Positions 46,626 through 57,037 of a stretch of 61,789 nucleotides of DNA are shown piece after piece. Positions within the stretch are counted from its first letter, which is position 1. Every line of letters starts with the position of its first letter. This stretch comes from a virus (lineage: Duplodnaviria; Caudoviricetes), in IMG/VR virus record IMGVR_UViG_3300030419_002074, positions 1 through 61,789 of that record; one strand, 5' to 3'. The position numbers and the translations under genes are program-made. The notes under the pieces are model-generated. The model had not been told where the DNA came from and searched no databases. It saw only the letters and a list, made by a program, of their open reading frames with translations.

Positions 46626-48082
46626 AAAAAAAATTAGAAGACCTAGCGGCAGAAAGAGCTGTCTTAGCGGCACTCTGTCAGCATGGATTAGATGCATATC
46701 TAGAGATTGACTTTATTGACTCTAGAAGCTTTACAGATCCTATGAATCAGTTGATATTCGACTGCATATATGCGTCAATCGCTGAGAACACACAGGTAGA
46801 ACTTTCGTCTATTCTGTCGGCCTCCAATGATCTAGGTATATACGATCAGATCAACAATAAAGAAGAGATTGGATTCATTAGATCATTATTCAACTTTCCA
46901 ATTCACAAGGAAAATGTTGGATCATATGCTGCCAAAATAGCCAAGCTCAAGCTAGCTAGAGATTTAAAAAAGACACTAAGAGCCTGCGAAAAGGATTTAG
47001 ACCAAGTAACGGGTGAAGAGGATGTTATGGACTTGGTGGCCAAAATAGAAGAGCCTCTTCTAGAAGCTACTGGGGACATATACCAATCCTCCAGCAAGAA
47101 GACAGAAGTTCTTGGGGAAGGCGTTAATGATTATGTCGAACATTTAGCAGAAAATGTGTCTGACTTCGCTGGTATACCTAGCGGGTTTGAAAGATTTGAT
47201 GTCGCTATAGGTGGTGGGCTTCGTAGGAAGTGTGTAGACTTGGTTGCGGCGAGACCGAAGGTTGGTAAGTCTATGTTTGGTGATGCTGTAGCCATGCATG
47301 TTGCTGGCAATTTAGATATTCCTGTTTTAATGTTAGATACAGAGATGTCTAAAGAAGACCACTATAATCGTATTCTAGCCAATCTGTCTGGGGTTGAAAT
47401 CAATAAAATATCGACCGGTAAATTTTCAGAAAACGAAATAGACAAGGAAAAGGTTTTTGCTGCGGCAGACAAATTGAAAAATATACCGTATCACTATATA
47501 AGTATTGCGGGCGAATCCTTTGAGAACATTCTAAGTCAAATGAGAAAATGGATATATCAACACGTAGGATTTGACGAGAACGGTAAAACAAAAGATTGTC
47601 TTATTGTATACGACTATCTAAAGCTTATGGGGTCAGAGGGAATCAGTGCTTCAATGCAAGAGTATCAAGTTTTAGGATTCCAAATAACCAAGCTACATAA
47701 CTTTATGGTAAAGTACGACGCACCATGCTTGTCTTTTGTTCAATTAAATAGAGATGGTATTACGAAAGAATCTACGGATGTAGTGTCTGGTTCCGATAGA
47801 CTTATTTGGCTTTGTACTAGTTTTTCTATTTTTAAGATGAAATCCGATGAGGAGGTGGCGACCGACAATATTGATAACGGTAACAGAAAATTAGTGCCAG
47901 TGGTTGCCCGACATGGTGAGGGACTAGATGATGGTGATTATGTTAGCATGAAAATGCATGGTAAATTTGGTAGAATAGAAGAAGGTCTAACTAGAAACGA
48001 AATTCATGAAAACGCAAGAAGTAGAGAAGAAGGCTTTGAAACCGAAGATATTGAGTCAACAGAAGATATCATCAATATGTGA
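46610..48082 (+). CDS. dnaB: replicative DNA helicase
   Basis: AERAVLA, AARPKVGKS, DTEMS, YDYLKLM, QLNR. Confidence 0.93.
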   Translation: MPKKIEKKLEDLAAERAVLAALCQHGLDAYLEIDFIDSRSFTDPMNQLIFDCIYASIAENTQVELSSILSASNDLGIYDQINNKEEIGFIRSLFNFPIHKENVGSYAAKIAKLKLARDLKKTLRACEKDLDQVTGEEDVMDLVAKIEEPLLEATGDIYQSSSKKTEVLGEGVNDYVEHLAENVSDFAGIPSGFERFDVAIGGGLRRKCVDLVAARPKVGKSMFGDAVAMHVAGNLDIPVLMLDTEMSKEDHYNRILANLSGVEINKISTGKFSENEIDKEKVFAAADKLKNIPYHYISIAGESFENILSQMRKWIYQHVGFDENGKTKDCLIVYDYLKLMGSEGISASMQEYQVLGFQITKLHNFMVKYDAPCLSFVQLNRDGITKESTDVVSGSDRLIWLCTSFSIFKMKSDEEVATDNIDNGNRKLVPVVARHGEGLDDGDYVSMKMHGKFGRIEEGLTRNEIHENARSREEGFETEDIESTEDIINM

Positions 48083-49082
48083 TGAACTATTAAACGTGCT
48101 GCCTTCTGTGTTAGAGTATTTTGATGTGGAGTATGTAGAATATCCCAATAGGCTTGCATTCCCGTGCCCTGTGCATGGCGGAGACAATCCAGAAGCTTGC
48201 TGCATCTTTACCGATGGTATGACGCATACTGGTAACTGGTCTTGTTGGACACATCATTGTGAGGAGGAGTTTGCAAACAACCTTTTTGGATTTGTAAGGG
48301 GGTGCCTTTCTTACAGTAGAGATAGAAGCGTCTCTATGAATGAAACGGCTTCTTTCTGCCTTAATTTTCTCGATAAGGATTTTTCAGAATTAAGCTCTGA
48401 CAATCATCGCAGGCAATTTAAGGTCATTGATGTTTTCAATAGAAAAATAGAAAGATCGGAACCTGTCATTAGCAGGGATGAAATTAGATCAAAAATAAAT
48501 ATACCGTCGAACTATTACATTAACAGAGGATACACTCCCGAAGTGCTGGATTTGTTTGATATTGGAGAATGTTTGTCAAAAAATCAGCCAATGTCTGGAA
48601 GATCGGTTGTCCCAGTGTACGATGAAGGCTATAATTATATAGGCTGTGTTGGTAGATCAATGCATGAAAAGTTGCAGCCAAAATGGTTACACAGCAAAGG
48701 ATTTAAAAAGTCCGTACTTTATGGATTAAATATTGCTAAAGATAAAATATTGAAAACGCAAACGGCCATCTTAGTCGAGGGTCAAGGCGATGTATGGAGA
48801 ATGCATGAAGCCGGTTTTTCAAACACAGTAGGTATCTTTGGTTCCAGTATTAACGAAGATCAACTAATCCTACTTGAAGCCAGTGGAGCACTTAATATAG
48901 TCATACTAACGGATACAGATGAGGCCGGTAATAAAGCCTCGGAACAAATAATAAAAAAGTGCGGCAGGCGATTTAATTACCTTCGACCCCAAATATCGGA
49001 AAAGGACGTTGGAGACATGACTATAGAACAAATAAAAGAGCAACTTAATCATCAAATAAAGGGAATACTTTATGAAGACTAA
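48006..49082 (+). CDS. dnaG: DNA primase
   Basis: CPVH...CWTHHC Zn finger, LYGL, VEGQGD, DTDEAG TOPRIM. Confidence 0.9.
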   Translation: MKTQEVEKKALKPKILSQQKISSICDELLNVLPSVLEYFDVEYVEYPNRLAFPCPVHGGDNPEACCIFTDGMTHTGNWSCWTHHCEEEFANNLFGFVRGCLSYSRDRSVSMNETASFCLNFLDKDFSELSSDNHRRQFKVIDVFNRKIERSEPVISRDEIRSKINIPSNYYINRGYTPEVLDLFDIGECLSKNQPMSGRSVVPVYDEGYNYIGCVGRSMHEKLQPKWLHSKGFKKSVLYGLNIAKDKILKTQTAILVEGQGDVWRMHEAGFSNTVGIFGSSINEDQLILLEASGALNIVILTDTDEAGNKASEQIIKKCGRRFNYLRPQISEKDVGDMTIEQIKEQLNHQIKGILYED

Positions 49083-49986
49083 CATAATAGCATTTGCCGG
49101 AACTAAACAATCGGGGAAGACTACATGTTCTAATTTCTTACATGGATACCAAATGAAATGCTATGGTGTCATAGATGAGTTTGGTTTAACCAAGAACGGT
49201 CAACTGGTAATACAAACCGATGTTATTAACGAAGATGGTATAACATCAAAGGGTGATGCCATAATTGATATCAATCGTGTGGACTTAGATTTTGCTGAAT
49301 GGGCAATGTATAGTATGTGGCCCTTTGTAAAAAAGTACTCCTTTGCTGGCTCTCTGAAATCTATAGCAATGAGTTTCTTTGGCTTAAAATATGATCAACT
49401 TTATGGTTCAGAGCAACAAAAGCGGCAAATAGTACCTCACCTTAGATGGGAAAATATGCCCGGAGTAATAACAGATAAAAAACTAGCATCTTCTAAGGAT
49501 GTTAAAAGTCTAATTAGTCAAGGAAGGCTCTTATATCACAAGAAAGGCCCAATGTCAGCTAGAGAGTTTTTGCAATTTTTTGGCACTGATATTATGAGGT
49601 CGATATACGAGCCTGTATGGGTAAAGGCCTGTATAGAAGACATAAGAAGAGAAGAACCAGTGCTAGCAGTTATAGACGATTGTAGGTTTATAAATGAGAT
49701 AGAAGCTGTACAGGCCGAAGGTGGAAAAGTAATAGGTCTAGATAGATCTCCTTATGAAGACTCTCATAAAAGCGAAAAAGAGATAAAAGAAAATTGGGAT
49801 AGCTTGGATGCCGTCATTGATAACTCAGACAAAGATATCCAAGAAACCAATGGTGAAATTATAGGACTATTGGATTCGTGGGGCTGGTTTGGTGACGCCC
49901 TTAAGCCAGAAGAAATGCCGTTTCCAAAAATAGAAGAAGAAGACACTACCGGAATTCACACTATTAAAAAGGTGACAAGCTCGTGA
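49072..49986 (+). CDS. deoxynucleoside monophosphate kinase
   Basis: GTKQSGKTT, SFAGSLK, REFLQFFGTD, DDCRFINE, HKSE. Confidence 0.85.
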   Translation: MKTNIIAFAGTKQSGKTTCSNFLHGYQMKCYGVIDEFGLTKNGQLVIQTDVINEDGITSKGDAIIDINRVDLDFAEWAMYSMWPFVKKYSFAGSLKSIAMSFFGLKYDQLYGSEQQKRQIVPHLRWENMPGVITDKKLASSKDVKSLISQGRLLYHKKGPMSAREFLQFFGTDIMRSIYEPVWVKACIEDIRREEPVLAVIDDCRFINEIEAVQAEGGKVIGLDRSPYEDSHKSEKEIKENWDSLDAVIDNSDKDIQETNGEIIGLLDSWGWFGDALKPEEMPFPKIEEEDTTGIHTIKKVTSS

Positions 49987-51005
49987 TAGTAACATACATC
50001 AGAAGCTCATCGTATAATAATTATGATTATTGCCAACTGCAATATTTTATAACATACGTACTTGGACACAGATCTACATCTGGTAAAAAGGCCCAACTCG
50101 GAACAATCGTACATAAAGTTATGGAGTGCTTGGCGGCTTGCAAAAAGAAGCTACAAGAAAATCCCGATAAAAAAAGTCTTTACATAAACGATGATGCTAT
50201 TGGTAAGGTTAACTTTACGCCAAGAAGTCTTTTTACTAAAACCTTTGTATCAAAAATATTAGATAGAAGCTATGAACACTATACTAGTTCATGTGGACAT
50301 AAGTATACAGGTGCTGATATAAAGTTCTGTAGAACCCAAACCGAAACAGCATTAACATACAATGACGGACAGTTTGACCCACGAAAAAGAGATGTGGTAG
50401 ACACAGAGCCTCAGTTTGATATTGCTATTGACGAACCTTGGGCTAAATTTAAATATAAAATGCCTGACGGAAAAGAAGTTGAGGGACAACTAGCAATTAA
50501 GGGTACGATAGACCTTGTTACACAGGTTGACGATCAAACTATAGAAGTAATAGACTGGAAAACGGGCAGAAGACTTAACTGGGCTACCGGAGAAGAAAAA
50601 ACTTACGAAAAACTACTTGACGATCCGCAGTTGTTACTGTATAATTATGCTATATCGAAGCTTTACCCAAACTACGACCAGTCAATCATGACTATTTTCT
50701 ACATTAGAGATGGTGGCCCATTTAGTATGTGTTTTGATAAGACAGACCAAGAGAAGTTCTTGGGGATGTTAGAAAAAAGATTTAAGCAAATACAAAGAAA
50801 CGATTTTCCGCAGCCTTGCTCTAGAAATAGGAAGAGTTTTAAGTGTACGAAGTTATGTCACTTTTATAAAAATAACTGGCCCGATACAAACATATCCATG
50901 TGTGAGCATGTTGAGGAACATCTTAAAGCGTTTGGACATGATGAAACTGTGGAAAAGTGTAGTAGAGAAGGATTTAATATAGGATATTATGAGGCACCCG
51001 GATAA
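49983..51005 (+). CDS. Cas4/RecB-like PD-(D/E)xK exonuclease
   Basis: GTIVHKVME, GTIDLV, IDWKTG, QLLLY; N- and C-terminal Cys. Confidence 0.85.
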   Translation: MIVTYIRSSSYNNYDYCQLQYFITYVLGHRSTSGKKAQLGTIVHKVMECLAACKKKLQENPDKKSLYINDDAIGKVNFTPRSLFTKTFVSKILDRSYEHYTSSCGHKYTGADIKFCRTQTETALTYNDGQFDPRKRDVVDTEPQFDIAIDEPWAKFKYKMPDGKEVEGQLAIKGTIDLVTQVDDQTIEVIDWKTGRRLNWATGEEKTYEKLLDDPQLLLYNYAISKLYPNYDQSIMTIFYIRDGGPFSMCFDKTDQEKFLGMLEKRFKQIQRNDFPQPCSRNRKSFKCTKLCHFYKNNWPDTNISMCEHVEEHLKAFGHDETVEKCSREGFNIGYYEAPG

Positions 51006-52591
51006 TGAATTGGATTCCACTAAATTGTAAAACTCACTATAGTCTGCAAAAGGCTTTCTGTAAAAGCGAGCTATTGGCTAAAAAGTGTGTCGATTATGAC
51101 TATAAGGCTTGTGGTATAGCGGACATTGGCACTCTGTCCGGTGCTGTTGATTTTCATCAGCAGTGTGTTGCTAATAACATCAAGCCAATTATAGGATGTG
51201 ATTTTGACGGTTATATTTTGTATGCGAAGAATAAACAAGGTTGGTTTGATCTGATTAGATATGTTTCAAATCAAAACTTAGATGTATTAAAAGACGTGGC
51301 TTCTAAGGGTAACTTGATATGTGTTACTCCCGATATTAACGGGTTTGCTAAGTTGTTTAAATCCAATCACTTTCAATACGATTACGATAGTAACAAGGTT
51401 TTATACGTCTCAAAAGAAGATGCCGATTGTCATCGTGTAATGCTTTGTTCTGGTATGAAAACAACAATGAAAAAAGTACAATCAATGATAAAAGACAAGC
51501 AGGAAGTTGATAATCAGGAGTACTTTGAGAGTGATGAATTTTATCTTCCTGAACCAGAACTTAGAGACGACATGGAGATAGTCAATAAGATTGCAAATCT
51601 TTGTGAAGAATACGAAGTGGCTGGCAAACCCATGCTACCGACCTTTGAATGTCCTGATGGTATAGATGAAGATAATTACGTCACCGAACTCTGTAGAGAG
51701 GGCTGGCGTAAAAAACTTATACCTTTTAACAAGGTTGAGACAGAAGAAGACAAGCGTAAATATGCCGAACGAATTAGACATGAGTTGCAGGTCATATTCA
51801 AGGCTGGGTTATCTGGCTATTTCCTAATCGTCCAAGATATCGTCAACCATGTCAAACGGCAGGGGTGGCTTGCCGGTCCCGGACGTGGATCTGCTGCTGG
51901 TTGTTTAGTTTCTTACTTATTAGACATTACTGGAGTAGACCCTATCGAGTACGACCTGATTTTTGAAAGATTCTATAACGAAGGAAGAAACACTGAGAAT
52001 TATGTATCGTTGCCCGATGTCGATATGGATGTTCCGGCAGAACATAGAGATGAAGTTATAGATTACATTAAGGAAAAGTATGGGCATGAAAATGTTGCTC
52101 AAATGATTACATTCGGTAGACTGCAAGGTAGAGCAGCCTTAAAAGAGGTTCTTAGGATCAATGACGCTGTGTCTTTTTCAGAAATGAATACGATAACTGA
52201 TAGCATACCAGACGAGGCCAAAATCTCTGACCAACTAGAATTGATGGATGATAAGTCAATTATAAGGTGGACACTTGAAAATGAGCCTGACGATTTAAAA
52301 AACTGGTGTATTATGGACGAGGACGGTTCACTGGATGGGCCTTTATCTCACTTGTTTGAGCAGGCGATAAAGATTGAGGGCACAAACAAATCACAGGGAA
52401 AACATCCGGCAGGAGTTATTATATCTAAACACAGGCTTGCAGACGTATGTCCTATGACGAAGGATAAGTCTGGAGACACACTGGCCGCCTTTGATATGGG
52501 TGACATGGAAACACAAGGGCATGTAAAATTTGACGTGCTAGGCATTGATTTATTATCTAAAATCATGGAGATATCAAGTAATGATAATTAA
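51005..52591 (+). CDS. dnaE: DNA polymerase III alpha, N-terminal part (PHP + palm/thumb)
   Basis: GPGRGSAAG, FERF, PDVDMD, HPAGVII, KFDVLG then stop. Confidence 0.93.
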   Translation: MNWIPLNCKTHYSLQKAFCKSELLAKKCVDYDYKACGIADIGTLSGAVDFHQQCVANNIKPIIGCDFDGYILYAKNKQGWFDLIRYVSNQNLDVLKDVASKGNLICVTPDINGFAKLFKSNHFQYDYDSNKVLYVSKEDADCHRVMLCSGMKTTMKKVQSMIKDKQEVDNQEYFESDEFYLPEPELRDDMEIVNKIANLCEEYEVAGKPMLPTFECPDGIDEDNYVTELCREGWRKKLIPFNKVETEEDKRKYAERIRHELQVIFKAGLSGYFLIVQDIVNHVKRQGWLAGPGRGSAAGCLVSYLLDITGVDPIEYDLIFERFYNEGRNTENYVSLPDVDMDVPAEHRDEVIDYIKEKYGHENVAQMITFGRLQGRAALKEVLRINDAVSFSEMNTITDSIPDEAKISDQLELMDDKSIIRWTLENEPDDLKNWCIMDEDGSLDGPLSHLFEQAIKIEGTNKSQGKHPAGVIISKHRLADVCPMTKDKSGDTLAAFDMGDMETQGHVKFDVLGIDLLSKIMEISSNDN

Positions 52592-52808
52592 CGCTACAAA
52601 GCAAGACTATAAGTCAGTTATATTTTCTGGCTGTGCGATAGAGGCTAAGGGGGTCTCTATCTGTAACCTAGAAGACGTACTTAACACTAAGATAGGAATA
52701 CCAAGAGCCAAGTATCAAGTGTGGTCTGACAGACATAGATTTCACAAACTTTATTTTAACATAGACGAAGCTATTGAACAATTTATAGAACTAAAAGGTA
52801 AGAGGTAA
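52581..52808 (+). CDS. small hypothetical protein between split dnaE halves
   Basis: GGAG RBS, 75 aa. Confidence 0.6.
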   Translation: MIINATKQDYKSVIFSGCAIEAKGVSICNLEDVLNTKIGIPRAKYQVWSDRHRFHKLYFNIDEAIEQFIELKGKR

Positions 52809-52810
52809 CT

Positions 52811-53497
52811 ATGAACTATCGCGATATTATTGTTTTTGACTTTGAGACTACTGGAAGAAATCCTCACAAATGCCAACCCACGCAGATTGCCGCAGTAGCA
52901 ATCCACGCTAGAAAGCTGACATTGCAACCGGGCGGCGTTTTTGAAAGTAAGATGAGATGCATTGTTGATGATGACAAGGCTATCGCTGCTGGATTTGATC
53001 CGGTTGAGGATGGTGCGTTAGAAGTAACTAGAAAAACTAGGGCGGAAATTGCCAAAGGCCCACTCCCAAAAACTGTTTGGAAAAAGTTCGGGCAGTTTTG
53101 TGATAAATACAATTTTAAGAAGACTAGCTTTTCAGCACCTATAGCCGCTGGTTACAACATTAATGGCTATGACATGCCTATTGTCGAACGCTTATGTCAA
53201 GACTATGGGCCTATTGATGAAAAACGTGGACGACAGAAACTGTTTAATCCTATATTTACAATGGATTTGATGCAACATGTCTACTGCTGGTTTGAAAACA
53301 ATGCTGACGTAAAGGGTTATAGCATGGATTATTTACGTGATTACTTTGGTATGCCCAAAGACAATGCTCACGATGCGTTGCAGGACGTAAAAGATACGGC
53401 TAATATTCTTATTAAGTTTCTAAAGATGCAACGCAACTTGTCTAAAAAGATTAAATTTGAAAAAGCTTTTGCTAATGGTGAGATGTATGTCGTTTGA
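52811..53497 (+). CDS. DEDDh 3'-5' exonuclease (DnaQ/epsilon-like)
   Basis: FDFETTG, YNINGYD, HDALQD. Confidence 0.9.
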   Translation: MNYRDIIVFDFETTGRNPHKCQPTQIAAVAIHARKLTLQPGGVFESKMRCIVDDDKAIAAGFDPVEDGALEVTRKTRAEIAKGPLPKTVWKKFGQFCDKYNFKKTSFSAPIAAGYNINGYDMPIVERLCQDYGPIDEKRGRQKLFNPIFTMDLMQHVYCWFENNADVKGYSMDYLRDYFGMPKDNAHDALQDVKDTANILIKFLKMQRNLSKKIKFEKAFANGEMYVV

Positions 53498-55064
53498 TAT
53501 TAATGATTTTGAAGACGCTAAGGTTTGGGATTTGATATGTAACGGAGAGACGAAAGGCGTTTTTCAGTTAGAGTCAAGCTTGGGAAAGCACTGGGCGAAG
53601 GAGGTAAGACCCAGAAACATCAAGGAGCTTGCCGCATTAATTAGCCTTATTCGTCCGGGATGTCTAAAAGCCAAGGATAATGATGGCAAGAGTATGACTC
53701 AGGTATATGCAGACAGAAAAGCTGGTAAACCAAACAGTCCTGTTGAATACCTCCATGAGTCCCTAAAACCCATCCTAGAGGAAACATATGGTGTTCTTGT
53801 CTATCAAGAACAATCTATGATGATAGCACAAAAGCTTGCTGGATTCGATCTAAAAGAAGCGGATGCATTACGTAAGGCTATTGGTAAGAAAAAAGCCGAC
53901 CTGATGGAGAAGGTTAAAAAGACCTTCCTAGAGGGCACGGAGAAGATGTCAATCGTAACACAAGAAGTGGCTGAGGAGCTTTTCTCTTGGATTGAGAAGT
54001 CGAATAGATATGCTTTTAATAAGTCACACGCCGTTTCCTACGCAATTAACGCATATTGGTCTGCATACTGCAAGACTTATCGAACTAAGAAGTTCTACGA
54101 AAAATACCTTGGGCGGGCAGATAAAAAGCCAAAGCCAGACATTGAAAAGAAGCAACTTATTGTAGATGCCAAGAGATTTGATATAGATGTTATTCCTCCA
54201 AGACTACAGAACTTACACACAGAATTCACACGCTGTAGAGAGTCAGATAAGATATATTTCGGATTAAGGCATGTAAAAAATGTAGGCGTTAAAGAATGTG
54301 AAAAGATTGCAGGATTAGTATCAGAGCAAGATATCTCAAACTATTCTTGGTTAGATTGTCTTGTCAAAGTCATATATGGACTGAATCTTAATAAAAGAAG
54401 TGTTATTTCTTTGATTTCAATCGGGGCTTTTAATGGCAGAAACAACACAGAAAATAGACAGCGAATGCTGTATGATTTCGATAGTTGGAAACAGCTCTCA
54501 GCGAGAGAGCAGAAGGCTATAGCGGATAATCATAACAGCGGAGACCCATCCGTATACGCCGAAAATCTAGCCGACTGTATTGATCATATGGTTAACACAA
54601 TCAAAGTCAACTCTAGAAGAATATCGACTGTATTAGATATTAAGTCTTCATTAGAAAACCCTTTCTACGACCTGACTGATAAAGCTGGAACTATAGCTAC
54701 AGACGAAGAGAAATACATGAGCTGTTCATTAACCTGCAATAAAATAGATGGAATTGATCTAAATATGGCTACTTATATGTGCAAAGAGATAGGAAATGGT
54801 ACGATAACAGGTAAAGCAAACTTGGCGGCAGAAATTGTATCAGTACGAACGTATAAAACTAAACGTGGTAAAAATCCCGGCCAGACTATGGCCTTCTTAT
54901 GTGTTGAAGATGGTAGCGGTTCTCTAGATTCAGTTACTGTTTTTCCCGAGTGTTATGAAAAACACAGGGATTTGCTAGTCGAGAGCAATACCGTACTGAT
55001 GATTGGAGAAATTTCCAAGAAGGACAAGACCTCCTTGATAGTCAACCAGTTATCTCAAATTTGA
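53487..55064 (+). CDS. dnaE: DNA polymerase III alpha, C-terminal part (fingers, HhH, OB)
   Basis: GVFQLES, RPG, TYGVLVYQEQ, LRKAIGKK, YAFNKSHA, MAFL.VED. Confidence 0.93.
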   Translation: MSFDINDFEDAKVWDLICNGETKGVFQLESSLGKHWAKEVRPRNIKELAALISLIRPGCLKAKDNDGKSMTQVYADRKAGKPNSPVEYLHESLKPILEETYGVLVYQEQSMMIAQKLAGFDLKEADALRKAIGKKKADLMEKVKKTFLEGTEKMSIVTQEVAEELFSWIEKSNRYAFNKSHAVSYAINAYWSAYCKTYRTKKFYEKYLGRADKKPKPDIEKKQLIVDAKRFDIDVIPPRLQNLHTEFTRCRESDKIYFGLRHVKNVGVKECEKIAGLVSEQDISNYSWLDCLVKVIYGLNLNKRSVISLISIGAFNGRNNTENRQRMLYDFDSWKQLSAREQKAIADNHNSGDPSVYAENLADCIDHMVNTIKVNSRRISTVLDIKSSLENPFYDLTDKAGTIATDEEKYMSCSLTCNKIDGIDLNMATYMCKEIGNGTITGKANLAAEIVSVRTYKTKRGKNPGQTMAFLCVEDGSGSLDSVTVFPECYEKHRDLLVESNTVLMIGEISKKDKTSLIVNQLSQI

Positions 55065-55080
55065 TTTTAAGGATATATAT

Positions 55081-55389
55081 GTGAATAGATGTCATTTTTT
55101 AGGTAAACTTACCTCACAGCCGGAAATTGAAATGCAGGATGGAACTCCTGTTATAAGATTTGAACTAGAAGTAGAGGAATTCAGAAGAGACAAAAATGGA
55201 GACAAAAAAAGATCTGTAGTATATCTCGATTTTGAAGCTTGGGACAGTGCGGCAACAGCCATAGAGAGATACGCACAAGAAGATTGCATCATGGTTGTTG
55301 AATCTGTCGCCCGAATAGATGAGCCGGAAGATGCAGACGACTGTCCGTACGTTTATTTCAGAGTAACTAGCTTTAAGATAATAACTTAA
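55081..55389 (+). CDS. second SSB/PriB-like OB-fold protein
   Basis: NRCHFLGKLTSQPE, YLDFEAW; no C-terminal tail. Confidence 0.75.
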   Translation: MNRCHFLGKLTSQPEIEMQDGTPVIRFELEVEEFRRDKNGDKKRSVVYLDFEAWDSAATAIERYAQEDCIMVVESVARIDEPEDADDCPYVYFRVTSFKIIT

Positions 55390-55390
55390 T

Positions 55391-57037
55391 ATGAGAAAAA
55401 AAAGAATACTTTTTGTATCTGAAGCCTCTTGGAAAAACACAGGGTATTCAGTTTACACTAAAGAAATTTTATCTAGACTAAACCAAATGGAAGACTTGGA
55501 GGTAGCTGAACTCGCTTGCTACGCTCCACCTGAAGCACCCGAGGTTCAAACGACACCTTGGAAAGTTTTTCCAAATAGGCCATCTTCAGGATCTCCAGAG
55601 TACGAACAATACAGAAGTCGTCCCTCCTCAATATTTGGAGAATGGTCGTTTAATAGGGTGTGTCTAGATTTCCTGCCTGATGTTGTTATGGATATCAGGG
55701 ATTGGTGGATGATGGAATTTGAACAAAGGTCTCCATTTAGAGATCTCTTTCACTGGGCTATTATGCCCACTGTAGACGCAATGCCACAAAACCCGCAATG
55801 GATAAATACATATCAATCGGCGGATTCGGTCTTTGCCTACTCCGAGTTCGGTAGAGACACTATGCTCCAACAATGCGATAGCTTAAACTTTGTAGATATT
55901 GCTTCACCGGCTGCCAGTAACCACTACTTTCCAATGGATAATAAAGCGGAACACCGCAGCTCTATGGGGATTAGCGATGACGTTACCATTATCGGAACGG
56001 TTATGCGTAATCAAAGAAGAAAGCTATACCCAGATCTATTCAAGGCCTTTAGGGGTATCCTAGACAAAACAAAAGACAGTAAGTTGTTTTTACTTTGCCA
56101 CACTTATTATCCTGATATTGGGTGGGAAATACCCAATCTATTAAATTATTATGGTCTAAACAATAGAGTCTTATTCTCTCATAGATGTAAGTCCTGCGGT
56201 CACATTAGTGTTGACTTTTTTAAAGACTCTGTAAGTTTTTGCGATAAATGTAATCAGTTTCAAAAACAGCTTGTAGGCATAGAAAATGCAATCAATGAAT
56301 CAGAACTAAACAGTATATACAACCTGTTTGATATATATGTGCAATATGCAAATAGTGAAGGCTTTGGTATGCCTCAACTAGAAGCGGCTTACGCTGGATT
56401 ACCAATAGTTGCTACAGACTATTCTGCGATGGAATCTGTTATAAGAAATATAGACGGTTATCCAATTAAGCCGGTAGAAATGACACTAGAGGCGGAAACT
56501 GGATGCTACAGAGCTGTTCCCGACAATAATTACTTTATAGAACTCATGTCAGATCTCATAAAAGACAAGGAGTCTATGAGAAAAAAGGGAATCGAAACAT
56601 CACGTATAGCAAGAGAAAAATATAGCTGGGACAATACTGCCAACGTTTGGCTTAAACATATACGTTCAATACCAATAAGAGATATCAGTGAGACTTGGTT
56701 ATCACCGCCGAATATAGCCCAGCCCGCAACAAGCATCCCTGCAAATAAAGTAGACCTAGTAGACAAGGTTAATTTTCTATTCACGGACGTTTTACATAAG
56801 CCCGAGTGGATAGGAAGCTACCTATGGTCTAAGATACTAAAGGATTGTACATATAATTTCAGACTCCACAACTCAGATAAGGATTTTTACTTCAATGAGT
56901 CCCATGTTTTAGGCGTGGATAGATATGAACCCTTCAACATAGACAAGGCTATTGAAGAACTTGGAAAGTTTAGAAATCAGATCAACGATTGGGAACAAAT
57001 GAGACTTCAGTACATTCAGTCAGGAGCAATAAAATGA
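55391..57037 (+). CDS. GT4 glycosyltransferase with Zn-finger insertion
   Basis: TGYS, RNQRRK, SEGFGMPQLEAAYAG; CKSC..CDKC. Confidence 0.88.
   Translation: MRKKRILFVSEASWKNTGYSVYTKEILSRLNQMEDLEVAELACYAPPEAPEVQTTPWKVFPNRPSSGSPEYEQYRSRPSSIFGEWSFNRVCLDFLPDVVMDIRDWWMMEFEQRSPFRDLFHWAIMPTVDAMPQNPQWINTYQSADSVFAYSEFGRDTMLQQCDSLNFVDIASPAASNHYFPMDNKAEHRSSMGISDDVTIIGTVMRNQRRKLYPDLFKAFRGILDKTKDSKLFLLCHTYYPDIGWEIPNLLNYYGLNNRVLFSHRCKSCGHISVDFFKDSVSFCDKCNQFQKQLVGIENAINESELNSIYNLFDIYVQYANSEGFGMPQLEAAYAGLPIVATDYSAMESVIRNIDGYPIKPVEMTLEAETGCYRAVPDNNYFIELMSDLIKDKESMRKKGIETSRIAREKYSWDNTANVWLKHIRSIPIRDISETWLSPPNIAQPATSIPANKVDLVDKVNFLFTDVLHKPEWIGSYLWSKILKDCTYNFRLHNSDKDFYFNESHVLGVDRYEPFNIDKAIEELGKFRNQINDWEQMRLQYIQSGAIK

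Noticed and set aside
49983-51005. Cas4-like nuclease as evidence of a CRISPR-Cas system
   Set aside because: No cas1/cas2 or array seen; standalone Cas4-like nucleases are common in phage replication blocks
52592-53486. Intron, intein or mobile insertion splitting dnaE
   Set aside because: No group I/II intron structure, intein motifs or homing endonuclease seen; the insert encodes a functionally relevant exonuclease
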